NCBI GenBank assembly: GCA_963735035.1
Contig: CAVTJJ010000006.1
Location: 64,001 to 128,000 of the forward strand
Direction: 5' to 3'
DNA: 64,000 bases
From: an uncultured candidate division Zixibacteria bacterium
Lineage (GTDB): Bacteria; Zixibacteria; MSB-5A5; GN15; FEB-12
Shown here piece by piece: positions 8,430 through 17,024 of this stretch (positions are counted from its first letter, which is position 1; each line of letters opens with the position of its first letter). The translations under genes were made by a program, and so were the position numbers. The notes under the pieces are model-generated. The model had not been told where the DNA came from. It searched no databases and worked only from the letters and a program-made list of their open reading frames with translations.

Positions 8430-10037
8430 ATGAATAGGCGAATTCTGATCATGCTGGCCGTCGCTCTGGGGATGACAACTTCGACCTGCGGTCAAGTCGC
8501 GGAGCAGCGCATCTCAGGCCGGGACTACAAAGTATACCGCCTCGCAGACTATGGTATCCAGGGAGACTCGGTTCACTCGGTGGATATGACTACCCGTCTG
8601 AAAGCTCTCTTGTCGGGAAAGCATGACGCCGCGTTTGTGGCCGACTCCGGGACAACATATATCTTCACGTACTCGGCGCCTGACTCGCTGGTAATCCCCG
8701 CGGGATGTGCCTGGCTCCAGTGCGGCGCCGCTATTCGCATCTACGGTCGCGGGCAATGCAAAGGGTTGGTGATCGGCGGGGATGATGTCCTCTTCGACGG
8801 TGGTGGTGGTTTGGTCTCGATCAAGCAGTCGGCGGCTATAACCGGGCATGGCGAGTACGGGGCGGCTGTTGCGGTGGGCAGCTACAACAACGGTACCGGT
8901 TACTCCCGCTGGACAATCCGGAACGGCACCTTTTCCACCGACAAGATCGACGGGGATTGTATTGCGGTGCTCGGCGGCTGCAAGGATTTTCTCATCGAGA
9001 ACGTCCACATTCCTGCCAACAGCGCGATGGGACGCGGCGTTCTATTACATTGGGGCGGCAACTCACTGGTAGACACGGTGGCCGGGCCGTTGGTAACAAA
9101 GCACCCGCACGACGGCAGTATCCGGAATGTCAAGGTCGATTCCCTGGGACACTCTGCCGGTGACGGGATATATCTCTCGTCTACCTGGAACATCAAGATT
9201 GACGGGGCGGAGTTGAAACACTGTAAGCGGGGTGTGATAGTCACCCCCGGTGATTTCGGTTTCTTCTACCAGGACACCGCCGACACTCATATAGGCTTCG
9301 CGTATGGACAGGGGATTAGTATTTCTCACGTTGCCGCGTCGTACTGCGAGGTTGGCGTGGAAGTCTCGGGATTCCCCAATCAAGTCAGACTCCCCGCCTC
9401 ACTAGACTCCATTGATATCCGTCAACCCGTAAGCATCTACGACTGCAATACCGTCGGTGACGGAACCAACAACGGCTACAAGTTCACCCACTGCGAGGCA
9501 GCGTCGCTGTTTACCAGTTCAGCAACAGGCCATGCCAACGGAGTGTATGTTGGCGAAGGCGCCGACAGCACGACTGTTTCTGGATGTGATCTTTACGATA
9601 ATACCGGGTACGGCATTTATCTATCGTCATCGATTGAATCCCCGGACATGACGTCGATCTGCCGGAATCGCATTTGGGGTAACCGGATGAACTCCGGTAT
9701 ATACCTGCGATATGCTCAACGAGTGTTTATAGAACATAACCTGATTGGTGATTCGACCGAAAACGGTTTTGGGAAACCGTCAGATCAGGATTATGGCATC
9801 TATGTTGACGGTTTGGACTCGGCCATGAGGGTTTACCTGGCCGGAAACAACATAAGAGACGCTCAGACGCGTTGTGCTATCAGGGTGAACAATCTCGCCA
9901 ATATCGCCTGGTGGTGTGATAATCGTTCTGAGTTGGACACTCTTCTTGTGAGTCACGGATCCAAGATAAAGCCTGAATCACTGGAGGCGAGTTGTCTTAA
10001 GGGCAACAAAGCCGGTCAGCGGGGTAGCTGCAAGTAG
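8430..10037 (+). CDS. Secreted right-handed parallel beta-helix protein (pectin lyase/tailspike-like)
   Basis: Signal peptide-like N-terminus, VYRLADYGIQGD...DMTTRLKALL (Pectate_lyase_3-type start), recurring GIYL/N-ladder beta-helix coils. Confidence 0.75.
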   Translation: MNRRILIMLAVALGMTTSTCGQVAEQRISGRDYKVYRLADYGIQGDSVHSVDMTTRLKALLSGKHDAAFVADSGTTYIFTYSAPDSLVIPAGCAWLQCGAAIRIYGRGQCKGLVIGGDDVLFDGGGGLVSIKQSAAITGHGEYGAAVAVGSYNNGTGYSRWTIRNGTFSTDKIDGDCIAVLGGCKDFLIENVHIPANSAMGRGVLLHWGGNSLVDTVAGPLVTKHPHDGSIRNVKVDSLGHSAGDGIYLSSTWNIKIDGAELKHCKRGVIVTPGDFGFFYQDTADTHIGFAYGQGISISHVAASYCEVGVEVSGFPNQVRLPASLDSIDIRQPVSIYDCNTVGDGTNNGYKFTHCEAASLFTSSATGHANGVYVGEGADSTTVSGCDLYDNTGYGIYLSSSIESPDMTSICRNRIWGNRMNSGIYLRYAQRVFIEHNLIGDSTENGFGKPSDQDYGIYVDGLDSAMRVYLAGNNIRDAQTRCAIRVNNLANIAWWCDNRSELDTLLVSHGSKIKPESLEASCLKGNKAGQRGSCK

Positions 10038-10149
10038 CAAAGCATTCTGGGATGGAAGCACTATCGATGGCATCGGCGATGCCTGTTGCTGCGTCGGCCT
10101 TGTTGGCGATGCTAACGGCTCCGGTGCTGGTTGTCACAGCAAGTCAAAC

Positions 10150-10175
10150 GGGGGTTCAAATCCCCCCTTCGGCAT
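10150..10175 (+). repeat. Duplicated tRNA-Leu 3' end (attR-like)
   Basis: 26/26 identity to 8151-8176. Confidence 0.9.
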
Positions 10176-10363
10176 TAAGTCTCGAATCCCTTGGTCCTCT
10201 TTAGCTTAGGGGGGGGGATAACTATCTGCCGTGGATCGGTCGGATAGGGCGTGATAAAGAACGGCTTTGGATAATGACGTCCGATCGCATATATTTCCTA
10301 AACAGAGACGAGAGTCCACAATTTTCATACCCGAGGGTCCGATCCGGACCGGAGGCATACTAT

Positions 10364-12673
10364 ATGAAGCGACTGTTCACGATCACTGCTATAGCCATGA
10401 CATTGCTCTGCTCTTCAGCCGCCTGGGCAGGTACTGTGACTGATATCGACGGCAATGTCTATCAGACCGTGACTATCGGTATCCAGGAATGGACGGTCGA
10501 GAATCTGAAGGTGACCCGCTATCGCAACGGCGATGCGATACCGAACGTGACCGATCCAGTCACCTGGAACGGTCTGTCCACCGGAGCTTGGTGCGAGTAT
10601 GATAACAACCCGGCCCTAGGTGCCGTTTACGGCAAGCTATACAACTGGTATGCCACAACTGACAGCCGCCATCTGGCGCCCGAGGGCTGGCATGTGCCGA
10701 CTCATGAAGATTGGGTGATGTTATTAGATTATCTAGGAGGTGAATTCCTCGCCGGACACAAGCTGAGAGAAGTGGGGACCGCTCACTGGACAGCCCCCAA
10801 CACCGGCGCCACCAACGAAGTCGGGTTTACCGCTTTGCCATGCGGCTATCGTACGGATATCGGTCAATTTGCAAATGATCGGGAGCTGGGCAAGTTCGCC
10901 TCGGTGACGGAACATTGGCTTTACACTGATAACAGTTGGGACCTGCAGATTCAAGCAAGCGTGCAGGCAGCAGTCCTATGGGTTTCTCTCAAGAAATACG
11001 GGCTGTCAGTTCGCCTGGTCAAAGATATGGCTGACACCGACGGCGACGGTGTCCCTGATCCACTGGACAACTGCCCGACCGTCCCCAATCCCTTGCAGGA
11101 GGACATGGACAGCGATGCGATCGGCGACGCCTGTGATCCCGATATCGACGGTGATGGAATCGCCAACGAAGCCGACAACTGCCCGACCGTGGCCAATCCT
11201 TTGCAGGAGGACACGGACAGCGATGCGGTCGGAGACGCCTGTGATCCCGATATCGATGGTGATGGAATCGCCAACGCCTTCGATAACTGCCCGACTGTCG
11301 CTAATCCCGACCAGATGGACATGGACAGCGATGGCCTGGGTGATGTGTGTGATCCGGATATAGATGGTGATGGAATCGACAATGCCTTCGATAACTGCCC
11401 GACCATCCCCAATCCCGACCAGATGGACACAGATGGCGATATGATAGGCGATGCCTGCGATCCCGACATCGACGGCGATGGCATAGACAATGCTTTCGAT
11501 AACTGCCCGACCGTCCCCAATCCCGATCAGTTGGATACGGACGGTGATGGACTGGGCGATGCCTGTGATCCCGATTGGGACGATGATGGAATTCCCAATG
11601 ATGTGGACAACTGTCGCTTTGTCGCGAACCCGCTTCAGACTGACACCGAAGGTGATGGTTTCGGCGACGCCTGCGACAATTGTAAGTATGTGTTCAACCC
11701 GGAACAGGCCGACTCTGATCTGGATGGGGTAGGCGACGTTTGCGACAACTGTCCATTCGTGCCCAATCCCGATCAGAAAGACACCGACGGTGATCTTATC
11801 GGCGATGCCTGCGAAGTTTCCTGTTGTGTCGACCGGGTTGGTGATGCCAACGGCCTCGGAGGCGATGAGCCGACCATTGGTGATGTTTCAGTTCTAATCG
11901 ATGCCAAGTTTATTACCGGGTCTTGTGACGGTATTTTGAACTGTCTGACTGAAGCCGACGTCAACCAATCCGGTGGGACGAACCCGATCTGCGATGACAT
12001 AACGATAGGTGATATATCGATCCTGATCGACTATCTGTTCATTACGGGGCAGTCGCTGGGGCTATCGGATTGTTTGTCAACTACGCTGACAGACATCGAT
12101 GGCAATGTGTATCAGATCATAACTATCGGCACACAGGTATGGATGGCCGAGAATCTGAGAGTCACGCATTACCGCAACGGCGAACCCATTCCTAACGTGT
12201 CCGATGGAGTCGAGTGGAACGGTCTCGCCACCGGAGCTTATTGCGAATACAACAACGACGTCAATAACGGCGCTATCTATGGCCGCCTGTACAACTGGTT
12301 CGCGGTCGGTGACAGCCGCAACCTGGCGCCGGAAGGCTGGCATATAGCGACCGATGCTGAGTGGCAGACGCTGGTTAATTATCTTGGCGGCGGCTCCGTC
12401 GCGGGCGGCAAGATGAAAGAAATAGGCACCTCACATTGGGTCAGCCCCAATACGGACGCCACCAACGAGAGCGGTTTCACCGCCCGGCCGACAGGCTACC
12501 GTGGCGGCGATGGCCCCTATTACTCGATTGGCTATCAGACCGGCTACTGGTCGGCCACCGAGTACATGAGTGATTCAGCCTGGAACTGGTTCATCAGGAA
12601 CTTTCGCGGCGAAATCCTTCACGACTACAGCGGAAAGCGGAGCGGCAATCCGGTGCGCTGTGTGAAGGACTAA
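10364..12673 (+). CDS. Secreted protein: Fib_succ_major (FISUMP) domain, thrombospondin type 3 repeats, dockerin-like domain, second FISUMP domain
   Basis: GGAGG RBS at 10351 then MKRLFTIT signal peptide. [16 protein letters not shown] / YG.LYNW / LAPEGWH / .VR.VKD occurs twice. DxDGDG..D.CDNCP repeats. [11 protein letters not shown]...EADVNQSG module. Confidence 0.88.
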   Translation: MKRLFTITAIAMTLLCSSAAWAGTVTDIDGNVYQTVTIGIQEWTVENLKVTRYRNGDAIPNVTDPVTWNGLSTGAWCEYDNNPALGAVYGKLYNWYATTDSRHLAPEGWHVPTHEDWVMLLDYLGGEFLAGHKLREVGTAHWTAPNTGATNEVGFTALPCGYRTDIGQFANDRELGKFASVTEHWLYTDNSWDLQIQASVQAAVLWVSLKKYGLSVRLVKDMADTDGDGVPDPLDNCPTVPNPLQEDMDSDAIGDACDPDIDGDGIANEADNCPTVANPLQEDTDSDAVGDACDPDIDGDGIANAFDNCPTVANPDQMDMDSDGLGDVCDPDIDGDGIDNAFDNCPTIPNPDQMDTDGDMIGDACDPDIDGDGIDNAFDNCPTVPNPDQLDTDGDGLGDACDPDWDDDGIPNDVDNCRFVANPLQTDTEGDGFGDACDNCKYVFNPEQADSDLDGVGDVCDNCPFVPNPDQKDTDGDLIGDACEVSCCVDRVGDANGLGGDEPTIGDVSVLIDAKFITGSCDGILNCLTEADVNQSGGTNPICDDITIGDISILIDYLFITGQSLGLSDCLSTTLTDIDGNVYQIITIGTQVWMAENLRVTHYRNGEPIPNVSDGVEWNGLATGAYCEYNNDVNNGAIYGRLYNWFAVGDSRNLAPEGWHIATDAEWQTLVNYLGGGSVAGGKMKEIGTSHWVSPNTDATNESGFTARPTGYRGGDGPYYSIGYQTGYWSATEYMSDSAWNWFIRNFRGEILHDYSGKRSGNPVRCVKD
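11033..11812 (+). repeat. Coding tandem repeats (TSP type 3, mainly 108-bp/36-aa units)
   Basis: DIDGDGIxNxxDNCPTVxNPxQxDxDxDxxGDACDP repeated five to six times, then 23-aa units. Confidence 0.9.
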
Positions 12674-12752
12674 GATTGTGTGCTGTTTGTCTTGACTGTG
12701 AACATTAAGTGGAAACAGGTAGACTCGAACGGCCGAACCTGTGGCCCCTGGC

Positions 12753-14860
12753 CTATCGGCACTCTATCGCTTTCAGCTCCGGGTATTGTTGTTGAAGTCC
12801 ACAGACGACAATCGTGTCAAGTCCCAGACCTAAAGCGCGGTGTGTAGCGTCCCTGGCTGAGGCGAAGTTGCCATCTTTCAAGAAGACTTCGATCGCCAGA
12901 TTCAATATCCGGGCGGAAGCTTGTTCCTTCGCTGCCTGAACGATTACTTCAGACTCAAGTTTCTTCAGATCATCGGGTCTGGTCTTGGGGTCGTAAAGCA
13001 GCCTGAGGAATTCATAGGGGCGGAAGTCACCGGGCACTACTCCTTTGCTCGCAGCCAGTACTCCTCAGCCAACTGGTTTTGTCCGGTGGAGAAATAGCAC
13101 ATGGCCAGATGGTGATAAACGTTCTCACTGAATGGATTCAATCCATCGGCGATCTGCAAACACGCGATGGCCGAATCATACTGCTGCGTCCGGTAATAGC
13201 AGATGGCCAGATTGCTCCACGCATTGTGAAAGCTCGGATATCGCTTAAGGAGTTGACGATAACGTTCCGTGGCCGCTGCAAATTCGCGTCGGTTCATCAT
13301 CTGTTGTGCTTCGACGTCCATCAATTCAAATTGGGCCGTCTTCTCATTGGCAGTGCGCCGACGTTCCGCTTCGGCATGATCTCCCCGCTGTTCGAGATAG
13401 CGAAGCATTAGAAATCGACCACCGGCACACTTGAAAATGTCAAAATTGGAGTAATTATCGAACATGGCGATGGCCGAGTCGGGGATCGCCTGGCAGGCCA
13501 CCCGCGGCACTATCATGGTTAGTCCCAGGACCGCCACCAGACCGGCCGCCCTCAGCGTGGCGGTCGTCCGTCCCCCCGAATCAAGGGCAGCCAACAATAT
13601 GAGAAATGTTAGCGGGATGCCCGCAAAGCAAAACATGTCCCAGTCTCGTGGCATACCGAGTTTCGGATCGAACAACATGACAATGCCAAAGGAGGCGGCC
13701 ACCTGAAGCGCAAGGAAGAGATACTCGGGCAACTTGAACATGAACCTCGCACCGATTATCACCATGATTCCCAGGAGAATTCCCGGTTGATATTGCCAGA
13801 TCAGATTGAACAGATCGACAAGGTGCTTAGCGCCGAACATCGAGTACCCTTCAATGGTGAATCGATCTTCAACGAAGGGGACGATGGCAAAGCGGAAGAA
13901 GTAATCGGTAGTGTAGATCCGGATGAAGATTGCCATCCCCGTGGCAAGCAAGACCAGGACGGCGGCCAGCTTGAGCCACCAGGCTCGCGCGGCCACCCAT
14001 CTGCCGACAGGGGTCCGTTGGGTCATCAGGTAAACAGCCGGCGCAACCAGGGCCGCCGAGAAGGGATGGAGCGGAATCGCCGTGGCCAGCGGTAGAAGTA
14101 TCCACCAGCGGGCGACCTTCCCTCGTGCGGCCAGCATGCCGAGAAGCGTGAAAGCCGTCACTACCAGTATAAACACCGGATAGTTTTCGACATAACCGAA
14201 GAACACCAGCATGTATCCGCCGGATAACGCTCCGAGAAAGAACAGCAGGCGAGCCAGGTTGAGCTCGAACAGTCGCCACGCCGCCCAAAGGGTCAACACC
14301 AGGAAGAAGAAGCCGCTCACGTACGAAATGAGCTGAAAAGTGACCAGGGCACTGTGCACCCCGTCGCCGCCGAGTAGATTGTATACCCACCCCTGAATCC
14401 AGTACACAGCCGGGTTCCAGGGCCTGATCGGAGACGTACCCTCAGCCAAACGGTACAGCAGTTGAAAGCCATCACCTAGGAAATGCGTGCGGGCGCTGAA
14501 AAGAACAAACGAAGCAAACATAAGAGCGCCGATCACCACCGCCCACCTGAAGGTCGATCTGCCGGCAGAATCGGCGGCTGAAACCTTGCGCCCCACCCTG
14601 GATTTGTATTTGATAGCCGTCAGAAACAAAGGAGCTGATATCACTGGCAGAAGGGCCATGATGCGCAAGTTCCAGTCAGCGTATGCGTACCAGTTCAGAC
14701 CCCATATTCTCGCCTGAGGGAAAAGTGAAGCCACCGCGATTGCCAACACACTGACCGCATAGATGGCCACAAATACAGAATATCGACTAGTCCAGGTTGT
14801 CGGCACGCTCGGAATACCTATCGGATCAAATAAGTATGAATATAACCTCAACTGGATCAT
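12753..14860 (-). CDS. Multi-pass membrane protein (GT-C-like) with C-terminal TPR repeats, split by a 1-nt frameshift near 13038
   Basis: TM region with FLGDG, GYVENY and PRDWD motifs, then TPR helices (AWSNLAICYY, VYHHLAMCYF). GAG TAG TG becomes GAG TTA GTG with one added T and joins the two ORFs as WLRAKELVPGDFRPYEFL. Confidence 0.75.
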
Positions 14861-15321
14861 CGGTCAAGGGGCACTCTGCCAGCAGAAGGCCCGGTAATTA
14901 TCTCGGGTCCGGTTGGAATCCAGGGTGATAAGCCGCGGCGTCGAAAACGGGCGTTGCTCCGATCAGGCTCGTCTGCCGGGTTTCTAGTATCGGAGGAATG
15001 ATCGAGACTGTGTGCGATCATTCACGGTGGTTCCGTACACGTTGGCAAAGACCAGACAGATGTCGCCGAATAGTTCTTTTGCGTAATTGCCCCCCACACG
15101 GGGTATCTAACACAATTTCATTGGCGGAGTTGCGCCCCGGAAAATCACTCTTATCCACGTCAACTCGCTCGCAACCCGATGCCACTTTGCATAGCAGAAG
15201 TGAAGCCGTCTGCAGACGGAAAAATCTTCCGAATTGTCCAATTCTTTTCGTAAACCCGGCTTTCATAGTCTTGCTGACAATCGTTAAAGTACGCCTTTAA
15301 CCTCAAGCCATTCTCAATCCT

Positions 15322-15337
15322 TGGCAGCGAAATTGCC
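15322..15337 (+). promoter_or_regulatory. Sigma-54 (-24/-12) promoter candidate
   Basis: TGGCAGCGAAATTGCC has GG and GC at the canonical 12-nt spacing, about 45 nt before the ATG at 15383. Confidence 0.55.
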
Positions 15338-15382
15338 TTCCAATCTTCTGGATCACTATATGCGCGAGAGGATGGTACGAGC

Positions 15383-15640
15383 ATGAATGCGGTCACGAAG
15401 TTCTCCATTTGGAAAAATTCGATTTTGCTGGCCGGTTTCATTCTAATTGAAGTTCTCGGAATCGGGCCGATTGCCAAGTTTCGGGTCGGAGATTGCTACG
15501 ACCTTTTTACCGGAACGGGTGCGCCGGTCTTCTGGCTGGTCGTCTATGCTCTCTTCTTCCTGATCTGGCCGGTGATTGATCTTCTCGCGATCATCCTTAA
15601 ACCACGAGTAACAGTGAACAATTACGGTTTCCCCGGCTAG
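15383..15640 (+). CDS. Small hypothetical membrane protein (2 TM)
   Basis: 85 aa with two hydrophobic segments, GAGG upstream and a sigma-54-like promoter. Confidence 0.45.
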   Translation: MNAVTKFSIWKNSILLAGFILIEVLGIGPIAKFRVGDCYDLFTGTGAPVFWLVVYALFFLIWPVIDLLAIILKPRVTVNNYGFPG

Positions 15641-15815
15641 TTGCCCCTCGAATGAGTAGCCTCGTACCAGCCAATCACTTCTGGTCCTGCGATGGGAGCC
15701 GCCGAGGCAAGATCCTGATCCAATCACGGTCCCACCTGGGCCTTGCTTAATTCCGAGAACAAAGCTATTTAGTGGTGGTTCTTAATCCTTGAGAGACAGA
15801 TCGTAGAGGAAACCC

Positions 15816-16868
15816 GTGTCAAGATTATTGTCGATTGCCACCGCAGTTCCGCCACACAAATTGGACCAGGGTGAAGCACAGACCTTCGCCGGTCGGATGT
15901 TTGGGAGCCGTCTGGCCGATGTGGATCGTCTGCTGCCGTTGTTTGACGGCGCTGGAATCGAGACACGCTATTTCTCGGTGCCGTTGGAATGGTTTGGCGA
16001 GCCGCATGAGCTGGACGAGAAGAACAAGTTGTACATTCAGTCGGCGACCGATTTGGGAGCGCAGGCGTCGCGACAAGTCATGAAACAGACAGGCACAGCC
16101 CCCGAACAAATCGACTACATCATCTATGTCAACACTACCGGTCTGGCGACTCCGTCGATCGATGCGCGGCTGATCAATGTGCTGGGTCTCCGCACGGATA
16201 TTCGACGCACTCCTATCTGGGGTCTCGGTTGCGCCGGGGGCGCAGCGGGATTGGCTCATGCCCATCACTATCTCCTGGGACATCCGGATCATCGGGTGTT
16301 GCTGGTTTCGGTCGAGCTCTGCGGGTTGACCTTCATTCACGATGATTATTCCAAGAGCAATCTGGTCGCTTGTGCTCTGTTTGGCGAGGGAGCAGCGGCA
16401 GCAATTCTCTGTGGAGATCAAGTCGAATCGGGCGGCCTGGAAATACTCGCGACCCAATCGAAGTTCTATCCTGATTCGCTTAGCGTGATGGGCTGGAATA
16501 TCGTATCACGAGGTATGCAGGTGGTATTCGACAAACGGATTCCGGACATTGTCGCCGAGCACGCCGCTGGTGACCTCGATCAGTTTCTTTCAGAGCATCA
16601 GTTGAAGAAAGGCGACATCTCGCAATTTCTGTATCACCCTGGCGGGACCAAAGTGATTGGCGCATACGAGACAGCCTACGGAGTAAACGGGAATCGGTTC
16701 GATTTCTCCAAGGGGGTCCTAAAGGATTTCGGCAATATGTCTTCGGTGACCGTTTTGTTTGTGATCTCGCGCTATCTCGAGAATCGAGAAGCAACAGGCT
16801 CGAAATATGGAGTCATTTCGGCCCTTGGGCCGGGGTTCTGCTCGGAGACACTCTTAGTCAGGCTCTGA
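15816..16868 (+). CDS. Type III polyketide synthase (BpsA/SrsA-like chalcone synthase family)
   Basis: Catalytic triad motifs GLGCAGG (Cys), HPGG (His) and GNMSS (Asn), plus VELC, LFGEGAAA and ALGPGF. Confidence 0.92.
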   Translation: MSRLLSIATAVPPHKLDQGEAQTFAGRMFGSRLADVDRLLPLFDGAGIETRYFSVPLEWFGEPHELDEKNKLYIQSATDLGAQASRQVMKQTGTAPEQIDYIIYVNTTGLATPSIDARLINVLGLRTDIRRTPIWGLGCAGGAAGLAHAHHYLLGHPDHRVLLVSVELCGLTFIHDDYSKSNLVACALFGEGAAAAILCGDQVESGGLEILATQSKFYPDSLSVMGWNIVSRGMQVVFDKRIPDIVAEHAAGDLDQFLSEHQLKKGDISQFLYHPGGTKVIGAYETAYGVNGNRFDFSKGVLKDFGNMSSVTVLFVISRYLENREATGSKYGVISALGPGFCSETLLVRL

Positions 16869-16972
16869 CCAAGGGTAATAGGTGGCAAAAGGGCCGCTTC
16901 TAGGTGGCTCGCCCGCATAGGTACCTGCCTGTAACACAAGTTGTTACGCTGTTATAGCACTGTAACAAGACG

Positions 16973-16988
16973 TGGCACGATGGTTGCA
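16973..16988 (+). promoter_or_regulatory. Sigma-54 (-24/-12) promoter of the LamG/Ig surface protein gene
   Basis: TGGCACG-ATGG-TTGCA matches the TGGCACG-N4-TTGCW consensus exactly, 36 nt upstream of the ORF. Confidence 0.8.
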
Positions 16989-17024
16989 GTAATCATCCGG
17001 CTACGCTATGGATAGAAAATTCAA

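Larger units (their letters stand above)
8151..10175. mobile_element. Integrase-less 2-kb island or integrative-element remnant at the tRNA-Leu 3' end
   Basis: Identical 26-bp direct repeat GGGGGTTCAAATCCCCCCTTCGGCAT at 8151-8176 and 10150-10175 brackets a single CDS. Confidence 0.75.

Noticed and set aside
10150..10175. Second tRNA gene
   Set aside because: Only the T-arm and 3' acceptor strand are present; there is no D-arm or anticodon arm upstream.
10208..10216. G9 tract as a phase-variation switch
   Set aside because: Intergenic, not clearly within a promoter spacer, and homopolymer lengths are unreliable in this assembly.
11033..11812. Regularly spaced repeats as a possible CRISPR array
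   Set aside because: Units are in-frame 108- and 69-bp coding repeats with synonymous variation, no unique spacers and no cas genes. The same applies to 22839-23216.
12520..12673. Complete diversity-generating retroelement
   Set aside because: No reverse transcriptase and no adenine-variant template repeat seen in the window; kept only as a remote-target hypothesis.
13037..13039. Amber read-through (pyrrolysine or recoding) in the TPR gene
   Set aside because: The downstream protein-like sequence is in a different frame, and TAG serves as a normal stop elsewhere in the window.
14998..15477. Overlapping short ORFs in the 14861-15382 spacer
   Set aside because: No motifs or RBS and mutually overlapping; the region is better explained as a divergent regulatory region.
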